Shown: positions 38,300 to 51,400 of the stretch, in pieces
Layout: every line of letters begins with the position of its first letter
Position numbering within the stretch: position 1 is the stretch's first letter
DNA from: Sarea resinae
Taxonomy: Eukaryota
Length of the DNA: 64,000 nucleotides
Assembly (NCBI GenBank): GCA_026026165.1
Contig: JAPEUD010000001.1
Location: 868,001-932,000, forward strand
Direction of reading: 5' to 3'
Program-made: the position numbers and the translations under genes
The notes under the pieces: generated by a model
Told to the model about the DNA's origin: nothing
What the model saw: the letters and a program-made list of their open reading frames with translations, nothing else
Database searches by the model: none

Positions 38300-40760
38300 T
38301 AGATAAAGAGATAGAGTAATAACAGCGCGATAGAATAGCCTATAATAGACTGTCAACAGATAAAGAGCGTTAAATATAGAAGCTATAAGATAACATTTAA
38401 CAGCTCTATAATGCAGCTCTATAATGCAGATAAAGAGGAACAATAAGAGGCTATTAACGCTATTATCTGCGCAATATATCTATATAGCAGACAGCTAGGG
38501 CAGCTGACAGCACTCTGCTAGTTGCTATATACTAAGCAAGACTTATTCCTTGTCGCTAAGACCTTGTTTAAAAAGAGCATAATAATGCAGTCGCTCTTAT
38601 GCCTAGTCTGTAGGGCTATAGTTCTTATTATCCTTCTGTTAAATAAGATTAGTAAAGAGCAGACTGTGTAGATAAGAGGACTCACTAGTATAAAGCCTGT
38701 TTATATAACAAGAGATAATAACAACTATCTGCTGCTTAAGGCTGTCTATATAGGCAAATATACCTATATCCTAATGTCGCTAGAACTAGCTGTCAGCCTA
38801 AAATTAGAGCAGATATAGAAGGATATTAGACTGCAGGCGCAGATATCGCTAGTAGTCTTAGATAAGGTGCATCTAGTGTTAAATTAGTCCTCTTTCTGCT
38901 GTTCTTATGCTAGTCTTAGTATACTGCACAGATTACTTAGAACTAAGCCCTGGTTTGCCTGCACTGCAACGCTAGATAATGATACGTTTGTAGATGTACA
39001 CTGACTTACAAGCTTTAGAGAAGATGTTAAGGTTGTCTGCACTTCTATTAATTGTCTAGAACTAGTAATTGTCTGAGAATATATGTGTAGAGGTGATAAG
39101 CAATTGTTTAATTGCCTCTACTTTATTATTAAAGGCTGCAGCGCTAGTATTAGGGATACTCTATTGTCTGCTGCAGATATAACGTCTAGGACTAGCAGAC
39201 TAGACGCTATAGCATTAGCTGCGCTTAGTCTAGACTGTTTAGCATTAGGTTAATGTGCTAGTTAGTATTACTAGAATAATCGTCTAACTTTGCAGCAGAT
39301 AACAAAGACAGTTGTCTTTATAAACAGCAAGCGATTGCTAAAGGAAGCTTATAACAAGGTGCGTAGATAGTTGTAAGAGCGCAGATATCTAGCGCGGCTA
39401 GCAATGCAGACTATTAGAGTATACTATGCTACGCTTGCAACGAACAACAAGGAGCAGATATAGCATGAATTTTCAGAACAACTGTCTAGGATCTAGGTAT
39501 TGTTCTGCTCTAATGCAGTTGCATAAGGAGCAGATATCGCGGATATTAAGCGTGTTATCTACTTTAGTCTGTTCTGCGACTGCCTTACAAGCCTAGTCTA
39601 GCAACGTTTTAGTCGTGCAGCACACAGCAGCAGTTAGAAGAGTGAGGTAATACTGCTTGTTAATGACTAGTGTAAGGGTCTAAAGGTGCAGACAAACCTT
39701 AAGGGTATTAGTAAGACTAACAGTCAGCAGCAGATTAGGGCTACTGCAGCGCAGACACTTATTTCCTTATCCTAGTTAAGTCAGCTAAGTTAAGAATACA
39801 ATTGCAGAGATAGTAAGGATTCTAATAATATAAGTAATGTCTTTGTCTCTGCCTTAATCGCACTGCTAGATAAAGCAGACAGTCAACTACAGACTATGCA
39901 AGAATTGACTCTAAGAGGATCGCGTGTAGCCCTACCTGCTAAATTAAGGCCTTGTCCTGCGGATTTAAGGCCTAGAAGCGTGTATAAACAAAGAGCAGAC
40001 CTTCTACATCTGCTATATAACTTTGCAAACAAGGAAAAGGCTTGCCTGCAGCAGATATTCCTATAGACCTTTAACAAAGACTTAGCAGATAATAGCACTA
40101 AAGAGCCTGTTCCTAGCAGACGCTGCTGTTCGAACTGCAATCTAGAACTTTAGCTGTCTAAAAGGCCTGACTTTAGACTATTTAGCAGTGATATGCTGCA
40201 GTTAAAGAACAACAAGCACTTAATCAGCTAGATTAAGCAATAGATATTAGACTAGGCGCAGACGAAATACAGCGATATGATTTAGATCCTAGTCCTAGGA
40301 TGTGTGATTTCGTCTGATATTGTTTAGCAGATATGCAATCAGAAGCATAGTATCTACAACGCAGAAACGCTGCTTCGCTGTGCAGAATAGGATAGAGGAG
40401 ACTTTAACAAGGCTAATCTAGACTTATTAGCAGCGTTTATCTGCGCAGATAGTTAGGTTCTGCGTTTATATAGGGATGCACTAATTATAGCTAATTCTCC
40501 TTTGTTACTAACGCTACTAGAGTTAAATCAACTGTCTAACTAGCTGCTAACAGCCACTAATTATCGCTGTAAATCAATGACTATTAACAAGTTAGTGTTA
40601 GATAGGGCACTAAAGAGACAGCAGCTATTAGCTCCTATTAATATAAATAGAAATATCTGCAGCGAACAAAGGAAGTAAACAAAGGCAGACTAAATAGCAG
40701 TGAATATCTACAGCGAACAAAGAAGGTAAACAAAGGCAGACTAAATAACAGTGAATGTAA
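38300..40760 (+). pseudogene. RecQ-like SF2 helicase of the transposon, RIP-degenerate
   Basis: Motifs in order: AKT[L/S]F[K/G]KS (~38555), ILMS[L/P]EL, D[K/E]VH (38861), WFACTATL (38951), KTVVFINS, GADIADI, QRF[S/G]RA (39602), ACL..IF and RCCSNC (40121-40138); boundaries approximate. Confidence 0.85.
40652..40757 (+). repeat. Two copies of a 51-bp tandem repeat at the 3' end of the helicase remnant
   Basis: AATATCT(G/A)CAGCGAACAAAG.. starts at 40652 and 40703. Confidence 0.75.
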
Positions 40761-40982
40761 AGCTATTCGCTTGTATAGCTGCATTAGTTAGCAGCACACC
40801 TTTGCATTTAACCTCTTTGTTTGTCTTATAACCTACCTAACTATAACATCCTTATTAACATCCTTATCAACATTATCAGCATTATTATTATTAATATCAT
40901 TAGCATTATTATTATTAACATTATCACTACCCTTATTAACAGCCTATTAGCAGCGATTATATCAGCATTAAACAGCTACTAA

Positions 40983-42323
40983 GATGCTGCCTAGTGAAGC
41001 AGACAATAATAAATTAAACTAGTACGTTAAGGCTGTGATTAAGGAGAGGGCTAGAGCACTAGGACCCTTGTAGGCTATAGCCTAAGGTTATTATCTAAGA
41101 CAACAACTAATATAATAATAGCAGAGAGATAGTTAAGACAAATAAGATAGTAAGAGTAGCAGCAAATGTTAGCAGACTACTGTTATTACTTCTAGTATAT
41201 TGATCTGCTCTATAAATGACTTAGTTAGCTGCAGCTAATAAGATAGCTGCATTTTAGCTGCTAAGAGATAGAGGCAGCAGAAGAGGTAGCTACCTACAAT
41301 AAGAACCTGCGTTTAGATAATCTAGCAAGCGTTAAGAACATAGCCGCTCCTCCTAGTAATACTATACTGTCTATACTATGTAGCCTACTATCTCTGCTGT
41401 CTGATAAACTATCTTTGCTGCAGTCACTAATGTCTCTACAGTCTCTACCGCCTTAGACGCTGTCTCTACTGCTCTAGACACTCTCTCTACTAGCTTAGCT
41501 AGCTTAACTAGCTTAGACACTCTCTCTAGATAGTCTGCTACTAAGCTAGTCCACTTTTTAGGATAGTATATAGGACGTCTGCTATCTGATTTAGCCTGAC
41601 TAGCTAGCCCCTAATCTAGCTGTGTAGGATAGCCTTTTAGAGACTCGCTAAAAGGCATATGCTCACGCTAATCTCATTGTAAATAATCTGTACTAGGGCG
41701 TTTCACTCACTAGGAAATGCAAAAGGTGCGTTAATAAGGGCATTCTATGCATAATCTATTAGAGTAGGCTGAAAAGGCAGATAGTAAAGCTAGAGGACAA
41801 CTGTGTAAGGTGCTGTGTAGCAGGCAAACTGTGCCGCTATAATACAGACGCAGACAATAATAATAAAGACAATGATACACAGCCTATAAGCAGATTAGTA
41901 GTGCAGATATCAAACATCACTAACCTTGTATTAGGAGCAACCTCCTTTGCAGCAGGTGACATATCGATTAGCTAAACAAGCAAATAATAATTAAGACAAT
42001 AGTCTACTGCAAAAGAAGGTATAACAGATCTATCTACACTTATTAGGCATAAGCTAATGTAGTATATAGAGCTGTAAGAAGGACAGTTAAAAGCCTGTTA
42101 AGGAGAGTAATGTCACTAAGCAAGCACTTGTACAGCCTACTGCAACGCCTTTAACAAATATCTGCACTAGCAGCGAATTAATCATGCTATCTGCACTAGG
42201 ACAAGGTGCTATAGAACGGCAGGTTGTAGACCTAGGCGCAGAAGTGACCTACCTTAGGGCAGAAGTAGCGTAGGTATCTAGAAACATCCTTAAGATATTA
42301 GCTATTGTCTGCTATAGAGCCTA
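40983..42323 (+). pseudogene. Third transposon ORF remnant containing a Zn2Cys6-like motif
   Basis: 41718-41834 translates as CKRC-VNKGIL-C-x17-CVRC-CVAGKL-C followed by an Asp/Asn-rich run; ORF limits approximate. Confidence 0.5.
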
Positions 42324-42414
42324 GTAGTTAGCTTAGTAGTTAGTTTATTAGCGTGTTAGTGCTGTCACGCGTTTTCTAGTATTAAATCAAGTCTTTTGCC
42401 TGCGAACATAATAT

Positions 42415-45371
42415 TATAGAGTGATAATATTAGAACATTACACTATAGAATATCTGCTATGCCCTAGCCGCACACGCTACATATCCTGCGCCTAATAAGA
42501 TGTTAATATAACTGTATATTAATAGCAGATATACAAGTAAATGCTTATGTCTAAGCCTACTAAGGCTTGCACTGTATCCTCCTTAATATCTCTAACAACT
42601 TAGTCGCCTAGTTCTATATATCTGCTGTTAAACAAAGGTAATCCTCTGCACGCTAATTGATTAACACCTAACTGCAGTAGACTAGGTGCAACATGCGTAG
42701 ATAAGCGATCTTAGCAGCAGATAATTAAATCTTAAGCGATTAGATTAGCAAGACTTTTAATATCTTCTGCAGCAGACCTGTCTAGATAAGATACATTAAT
42801 CTGCTTGCTAAACAAGAATTCAAACTAAGCTTGCAGCAGAGCAAGATAGCTGCTTATTAACACTAACTATTTAAACAGCGCTGTTACATCAAATGTTGAG
42901 TTGCCTTTTGTCTGCAAAAGAGTCTTTAGCTTAAGGTTTAGGAGTTTGTTTAATTAATTGACCTTGAAGAAGGTGTCTAATCTAGTATAGTTGCTAACAA
43001 GACTGTTTGTAAGGATCGCCTGCTGCAGATATTAATTACAGACAGGAGTAGATATTAGCCGCTAAAGACAAATCATTTCTCGCAAGTAGTTGTGCAATAA
43101 ACTCCCACTGAAATATAGATAGCTACAAGCAATAACGCGGCAGAGCAACCTAATATCTACGCGTTTAATAGCATGCCTTAACATTATATATGTCTTAACA
43201 TAGTGTAAGAAGCAGACATGATTAGAATACTCTAAATCATGCAGCAAACGCTGTTTATAAGAGCTTCGCTTTTAATTAGGCGCTGAAGAAGCTATATCTG
43301 CTAGGTCCTTGCTTGTTTTGTACTAGGCTAGTTCTTAATAGGCGGTAGTAGAAAAGACTCTTTAGCAGATATCCTCTACCTGTCAAAGAAAATCCGCGGG
43401 ACTTAGTCAGCAGATATATTTAGCTATCTAACCTTTATACCTGTTCTTAAATCTAGCAGGCAAATCCGATATAAATAGAGCAACGATCCGCGCCTAAAAG
43501 CTATGCTAGACTAGTTCTTACTAGTAGTAGAATAGCGCTTTATCTGCAGGTATATTCTAACAGCTAAGGAAGTTAATATACAAATAGAGGGTTAAGTATT
43601 GCTAGATATTACTCTCTCTGCTATAATGTGACCTAACAATTAATGCTAAAAGGTTTATCTGCAAGTAGAAGAGACTAGGCACTAGTAATGCCTAGGCGAG
43701 GCGATTGTAGGCATCTGCTGCCTCTACCTGCTTAATTTAGCAAGAGCAGATAAGGCTTGCTGTTTTCTAATCTCTAAATATTAAGACTAACTGTTTCTTA
43801 AAGTTAACTGTATCTTAGCTGAGCTAGCAGACAAATATGTTGTTAAGCACATTATATGTGCCTGAAATAGAACCCTTACTCTTAGTGATTAGTCTTAGTG
43901 TGAGATGCTCTGTCTGTAAGGGCAGAAGAACATTAACGCATAGTATCTGCAGGAATTAAATACTATCTGCTGCGAATATAGCCTCTGTCTGTTCTAGAAA
44001 CGCTGCGCAGATAGAACTAGCAATAAGGTGAGTCAATATCTTAGTCTGTGTCTTGTCTATAAAATTCCTGTCTGCCTTAAGCAGATCTATTACCTCTATA
44101 CAGATATCTAGATAGTACATGTCTTAAGTGAGTAGTCTGTTTAGCAAGCATTGTCTATGCAGTAGCTTTCTAGTTGTGTATAAACAAAAATCTCTGGTAT
44201 TACCTACAGTCTAGTGTTGCACCCTTTGTTACTACTTAAAGTTATTGTAGACCACTATAAAATCCTATGTCTGCGCTGCAAAGGAGATATTTGCCTTGTT
44301 TTAGTTAGCTAGGTCCGCTAAATAGAAGGCGTTAATATCACGTTCTTTGCTCTGCTCTAATATCTGCAGCTTCTGCATATTAATTGTGCGATATCTGTCT
44401 ACAAGTCTAAGGCTATGCAGCACGCTTAACGCTTAGTAGGTCAGCCCTATATCCTTTAAATATAGTCCTAACAGGCGCGCAAAACAGTTTATAGAAGTCC
44501 TTAAACAGCTAAGGCTTAGTATTAACATAGTTATAACTATTCAGCCTTTATCTGCTAGGGTTCTCTGCTAATACATAGTGCTAGACTGTTTTGCCTCTGC
44601 TGCACTGCAGATAAGACGTGTAAGCATAGGCGCTGTCTGCTTAATAGTGTCTGTAGTGCTAGAGATATTAAGCTCTTTAAAACCTAGGTCCTTATTGTAT
44701 TGCCTAAATAACAGACATTCGCCCTGCAGCCTGTCTAGCTTATTATAGACAAGAGTAATAGCGCTGTTAATAACTACAGCTTAGCCTTTATCTGCACTAA
44801 TTAGAAGTGTATAAAGACCTTTATAACTAAGGATAAGGTTAAGAAGGTCTTCTCTTCTCTTTATCTGCTGCTGCTTGTTACATTCTATAGTGCTCTCTAG
44901 CTAGAGTTGTATAAAGCAGATAGGCGTTATCTGCTATTCTTATAGTTGCCTTAGGATACCTTAGACCTTTTCCTCTAGGCTTAAACACTTAGTTGTATTA
45001 GGAGATAAAGTAGAAAGAGAAGATAACAGTAGTAGATTAGATATCTCAGGCGATAAACACAAATATAATAGTAGATATATAGGTGAATTAGATAACTTAG
45101 GCGTTAAAAGCAAATCTAAAGACAATAATAGCAAATCAGGCACCTTAAGCAGTGATAGCAGATGTATTAATAACAGTAGTAATAGTAGCAAATTAAGATT
45201 AGGCTATAACTACAGTGCAGATAGTAGAGTTTGTAGTCTCTAAGGTGTATCTGCAGCAGATAAAGCCTCTGTCCTGCAGCGCTTCCTGCTAGTTCTAGAA
45301 AAAAGAGCAGATACTAACATTCTAATCAAATATAGAGCAGATCTAGACCTTTCTTTTCAGCCTCTTTTCAT
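42415..45371 (-). pseudogene. Academ/DUF6589-like transposase, RIP-degenerate
   Basis: Minus-strand motifs VVY[N/D]NF (~44245), F[R/G]D.KT (~43775), VP[S/G]LF[Y/H]LQ (~43660-43680), Y..LRHAIKR.DI.LL..F.GS..HNY.RE (43062-43247); limits approximate. Confidence 0.75.
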
Positions 45372-45763
45372 TGCAGACAGCGTTGTAGTTGCAGATATCT
45401 TATGGTTTAAAGTTGATAATAATCGCCTCTATACAAATGACCTGCTCAGCCTATACAAAGTCGGTCAAAAGTGCCTCAGACCTCTGGCTGGTCAATTGCC
45501 TAGTTAGGCAATAGTGGTCCGTGCTTAGCGGACCACGTGACCGAGCGAGGTCTGAGCATGCTGAGGTAAAGAACGGATAATCCAATCCGCGCCGGCTACG
45601 GCTGCCGTACGGTATGATGATCCATCTGGAACTTTTCTTTACGCAAAGCTGCTGAAGCGATTTCAGGCCATCTTCCCCCCCTCGAACCCACCGCCATATC
45701 AGACGTGTGGTCTGAGAACTTCTCGACTATTCCTTCATCTTTGCTTCCTACCTCTATTACGCC

Positions 45764-47491
45764 ATGGCCGCACTCATGAGAACAACCTCCCTGGCCCGCC
45801 CTGGGGCCAGCGTCACTCTCCTTCCTTTCGCCTCCGCGGCCAGACCCTCTTACGGAAGAACGGCTCCTTACAGACGGATATCAGCACAATTACTCGCTCA
45901 GCCTAATAGCAGAGCTGCATTCTCATCACATTCATCTCATCCTCTGTCACCAAGTCTTGTACTACGATCACGCTTCCTTCCCGATACTGTCCGTGTGGAG
46001 TTTTCTGGTGTTGCCAGTAGACAAGCCTTTCATTGGACAGCTCTAAGGGCTCAACAGGCAGAAAAGAAAGACTCCAAAGAAACGCCATCTCAGAAAACCG
46101 CCGAGAACGCGGAAAGTTCCTCCAAATCCTCCGAGCAGCCTAGTTCTGAGCAATCTACTGCGGAAGGCGGCGAGAAGTCGCAAGATGAAAAGCAAGAAGA
46201 AAAGCAGGGAGAGAAGGAGCAAAAGAAAAAGGAAGAACCCCCACCGCCACCACCACATGGTGATAAGACGCCCTGGCAGGTTTTCACCGAGACTTTGAAG
46301 ACAGAGTTCAAGGCCTCAAAGGAGTGGAACGAGTCGACAAAAGCTTTGGCCTCGTCGGCGCATCAATTTACCGAGAATGAGTCTGTCAAGAAGGCTCGTG
46401 CTGCATACTCTACAGCGACCGAAACAGCATCTTCGAAAACGGCCACTGCTCTGAAAACCACCGGTAGGGCGTTAGGAAAAGGCGCAGCGTGGACTTGGGA
46501 CACACCAGTCGCAAAAGGTATGCGAGCCACGGTCAATGCTACTGGCCGGGGGCTTGAGAAAGCGACGCGGCCAGTGCGAGAGACAGAGGCGTATAAAAAG
46601 GCCGTCGGGGGAGTCAAAGATGTCATGGATGATGGAAGCTCATCGCGATACGGTGGCTGGGTAGAGAAGGAAGAGCGAAGAAAACAAAGGGAGCTGAGGG
46701 AGCTGAATGAAGCCAAGGCTTCGGGCAGACCCGGCCGGCGGTTCGAAAAGATAGAGGAGGACCCTAAGTAGATCTCTCTTCTCTTTTTATATTCTTCAAG
46801 CTAACGGAAAATCAGCGCTGGAACGAACATCACCGTTCACAAGGACGCTGCGTGGAAAGAGTCGTGGCGCGACTTCAGAGACTCCAGTCGACTTATGCAG
46901 TCTTTGTTCACAATGAAGTCAAACTACAACGAATCGGAAAACCCCTTGATCTCTACGGCGCGCAGCATTTCGGATCGCGTTGCTGGCTTTTTCGCCGAAA
47001 ATGAGACAGCAATGGTCATCAAGAAATTTAGAGAAATGGACCCCAACTTTCAGATTGAGCCTTTCCTAAGGGAAATGCGAGAGTACATACTACCCGAGGT
47101 TTTGGACGCATACGTGAAGGGCGATACGGAGACGCTGAAGCTCTGGCTCTCGGCCGCCCAGTATCAAGTTTACGCTGCTCTGTCTCAACAATATACCACC
47201 GCCGGACTGAAGTCGGATGGACGTATCCTAGATATCCGTCATGTTGATATCCTCTCTGCCCGACTGCTGGATCCTGGTGACATCCCCGTCTTCATCATCA
47301 CCTGCCGGACCCAAGAGGTTCACGTATACCGCAACGCAAAGACCAATCAGCTTGCAGCGGGTATGGAGGACAAGGTCCAACTTGTCACCTACGCCATTGG
47401 CGTGACCCGTGTGCCTGAGGATGTCAACAACCCCGAGACTCGAGGCTGGAGATTGATCGAGTTGCAAAAGAGTGGCCGAGACTACATATAA
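45764..47491 (+). CDS. TIM44: Mitochondrial import translocase subunit Tim44, 2 exons
   Basis: Presequence; TPWQVF..TLK.EF..SKEW, SRYGGW, ESENPLI, FFAENETA, MDPNF..E.FLRE.REYILPEV, ETRGWRL; intron ~46768-46815. Confidence 0.95.
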
Positions 47492-48411
47492 GGTCGTTCG
47501 GGCCCAAAATCATAATATCCCTTGTCTGGCAGCGATCAGCACCATAATTGCATCGAGAGACCATCGTGAGGCGGTCTTGAGCGATCTAGGAGCCGATTTG
47601 CATATTTAGCGGCGTTAAGAAAAGCTTTCCCTCGGTCCTTTTGCGATGGGGGTTTTCGTGAGCTGGGCGGACTTGTACAGTATTTGTTCTCGGAGGAAGA
47701 GGTGATGTACCATAGTCTTGAGTGGGTTTGTCATAGGGTTTTCCAGAGGCATGGGAAGCCTTCCAGCATGATCGCCACTCTCTCAGCATGTATCACATTT
47801 AGTCATGGCCATATGTTGGTTTGTCACGAGTTATATATGGAGAACGTTGAAAACATGTTGATTATTGATGTTGGATGTGCAATTCGAAGGTGACGTTATG
47901 ATGCGTTGCCGCGTTCCGTAGCGCAGGTGAGAACTGAAGCTAAAGGCGGCGGACAAGGCCAAGCCCAAGTCCAGGGGAATGTGAGAGTGACGATCGTTGA
48001 TCGCTACCGGAAGTGCAACACCAAACACTCTCATTTGGAGCTCTCCCGAGCCTCATACCTGCGAGAGACAATCACTACCAGCCTGCCATAACAACAGCCA
48101 ATGGCCTGAATGATCCCTTTCCGCTGAGATTTCTCATCTATCGCAGATCTACCCTACTCTTTGCTGCAAATCAAATGCTCCCCTCTCTTCCCGAACAGCC
48201 TTACCAATCTACTCTGCGGTTCCGTTTATCTCCAACTGATCTCTAAACCTCTCATTCTATCACTTCGCAACCATCCGAACATCCTCACTTCGCAGTCGCA
48301 TAACCTCCTGCACCTCTCAACGACCCCTGCCGGTGCTTGGGGCGGGTCACTTTCATTTTGGACCCTTGAAGCAGCGTACGGAGTTGGGAGCGCTGCGCGA
48401 ATGTCGAATGA

Positions 48412-51400
48412 ATGCAACCTCTCAATCCTTTTCTTCGCGCCTTCTTCCGGAGCACGATCCCTGCACAATGCAGTCCGGTGCAACAACACGTATGTGAAGG
48501 CCTCATCGAAACTTCATGAACCCCCCCCTCCCGCCAGAGCTGATCTGTTCATTCGGTGCCATAGATTCTTTTAGTTCCCACAACCGAAATCCTTCTGACA
48601 TCGCGGGATCGGGAGAGCGGCGCATTCTACGCCGACCTCGCCAGCTCCGAAGACTTCTTGGGCAGCCATGTCCTACGTATCCCACCTCTCTCAGCTCCAG
48701 GTAGTGGCAAGGAAATCGGAAATTTTAGAGATAATAAAGGGAAGGCCAGACAATTTACCACGGTGAACGGGCGGACGGTCGTGGTCAAGGACGTATACGT
48801 CTACAGCAATAAAGGTAAGAGATTGATCTCGTCCGAATTCTGATTTGGGATGGGCTTGGCTGATCTGCATATTCCCAGGCTTCAAAACCCTTAATCAGGC
48901 CCAGCTTCTGAATGACGTGCTCTACACTCCTGACGGACTCGATCCGCAGCAATGGCTCATCTATTACATTTCGAAGCCTCTTCTTGGATCTTGCGAAAAC
49001 GTCAGCATCATTCCTGCATTCATACCCGATCCCTCATCTCGAGCTCGAACTTCGGGAAATTCGCGCACATCAGCAAGGGCGGAGGGGCAGTCATCAACGC
49101 CTCGTAGCAAAGATGTGAAATCGTTCAATGACTTGCTCAATCACTTTCCAATGATTGCGAGACAGATGCAGCCTGGACTAGAACGTCTCTTCAAGGAATT
49201 CGGGGCCGTTTTCGAGAAGCCATTGCCTAGACCGCCCTCGCCCTCGCCTTCTACAAATTCCAAAAGAAAAGAATATCCGGCTTCATTACACGGAAGTATC
49301 CATTCTGCACCAGAGGAGACTTCCAATGGCCATGTTCGATCACCATTCCAGCAAGAATTATATTTTGATGATGACGAGGACGAAATGCGACGGGCCCTGG
49401 AAACTGCCGTAACGGCAGCCATCGATCTTTTCCAACTTGTGGACAAGCAGCAGCTTTCCCTTCTTGGGGCGACTACTGATCTTACCGGACCTTTGGTGGA
49501 ACGACTAATAGAACGTTACGTTGCAGAGCAAGTCCATGATTCATTGCTCTTCCCGCGAGTTTGCGCGATAAAGCGGCTAGACGATCTCGAACTGGAATCG
49601 CGCATTCGGCAAATGAGCGATGTCGATATCTCGCAAGTTGGAATTCCCATCGAAGGTGGAAGACAAGGAAAGCAAGACCTCATGTTGCGCTTGAGTCGTG
49701 GCGTTGAAGAATTTAGACGGATGGGCGTTGCCGGAAGTCCACAGGAAATGATGGATATCCTTCTTGCAACAGAGAAGGTTGTGACCAGGGCTGAGCTCGA
49801 GGATTCTGATTACGAAAAGTCGAATGGGAAGCCTGCTTTTTCAGCATCGTCAGAAAAGTCGCCTCCGATGTTGACTATCAATGCGGATACTCTTGTATCG
49901 TTACTCCTTGTAGTGGTCATACGCGCCCAGGTCAGGCATCTTTTCGCCAGGCTTTCATACATGCGACATTTCATCTTCATTGACGACGTCGAAAGCGGAG
50001 AGATGGGCTACGCGCTGAGCACCTTCGAAGCTGTGTTGTCTTACCTTGGCAAAGACGCTGGCGGATTACGGCAAGCGAGCCGGCGAAACAGAAAATTATG
50101 GCAAGCTACTAAAAATGGAAACATCCAGGAGATGAAGGCGGTTCTTGACCCGACCAGAGGTCGCGCAGGGGCGGCCGATGTACCGGAAGAGATTGAAGAG
50201 CTCGAAGACGGAACATCTGTTGTGATTCAAGACGACTTGCAACAGGATGGGGAATGCCCATTGAGCCTTCCATCGGATAACGATACTGAACCTGATAGTG
50301 CCTTGGAGACACATACGCCTGGGCTCGCTCACGTATTCCCTTTTCAAATAAGTCATGGCTCAAGTCCAGAACCTGAGCTGGTTCGTCGTCCGAGCAAACG
50401 TGTGTCTATGGATACTCGCAGTATGTCAAGTTCGTCTGGGTACTCCGTTGGTTCAAGGGCCACGCTGGATTCGAGAGGGAGCGGCTTCGAAGGAGACACC
50501 TCAGTTGAACGGCTATCCGGTACCCATGACGCCTCTGGTGACTCGGTCATGATGATGGCCGTTGAGCATCGACAGCCTAAAGCCCTAAGATATCTATTAG
50601 GGTTGAAAGATTTCTTCACGCTCGATGCTGTCCTCGAAGATGCAAATAACGAGGGGACCACCTTGCTAAGTGCGGCTGTCCAGCTCGGACACACCGAGCT
50701 AATTGACATCATACTGGATTTTATCTTCCGCATTAAGGATGAGCATATGATTGTATCTTATCTCGAGCGGCAGGACAACCGAGGGAGATCCATAGCACAT
50801 TACCTGTTCAATGCGCCGCATCTGATAACCCGAATTGGCCATCTACTTCCGTGGAAGCAAAAGGATAGAAACGGGCAGACACCACTTTTTGCATTGTGCC
50901 GGTCATATGACCACTCTGATTACCGAAACATGGTCATGGCAGCTCTGACTGTCGCAAGAGAGGCTCAAAGGGATGGGCTCCCTCTGCATCTCGACGATCA
51001 TGTCGACTCGAAGGGAAATACGCTCCTGCACATCGTCAGCGATCCTCGCCTTGCTTCGCGTATAATCTATCACTGCGACTCGGATGTAAATGCCACGAAT
51101 GATAAGCGCTTCACGCCCTTGATGGTTGCCAGCAAGTATGGAAGAGTGGACATGGTCCGAGAACTCTTTGGAGACCCACGAGTTGACATTTATGCCAAAG
51201 AACTTAGAGGATTGACGGCAGTTGAGTTGGCAAAAGATGACGAGGTCAGAAACCGAATAGATGATTTGACTCTTCTTTTCAATGCGCCCGGACCGGGTGG
51301 TCGCATTACGGCCGTGGTTCGATCATTCTTTGTTGAAGACGCCACAATCCGACTTGTCCTCAAGTCTGGAGCTCCGAACGGAGATTCAACTATTACCGTG

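Larger units (their letters stand above)
37737..45569. mobile_element. Full-length RIP-inactivated AcademH-like DNA transposon (7,833 bp)
   Basis: Ends TTACCTCAGCAGGCTCAGACC and GGTCTGAGCATGCTGAGGTAA are inverted repeats (1 mismatch); second inverted block ~37842-37878 vs ~45444-45481; 9-bp direct repeat AGAACGGAT at 37728-37736 and 45570-45578; AT-rich interior full of TAG/TAA with helicase and transposase remnants. Confidence 0.88.

Noticed and set aside
37737..45569. AT-rich block as an LTR retrotransposon, Helitron or centromere
   Set aside because: Ends are inverted not direct repeats, no RT/integrase motifs, helicase is SF2 RecQ-type not Pif1, and a clean TSD defines a single insertion
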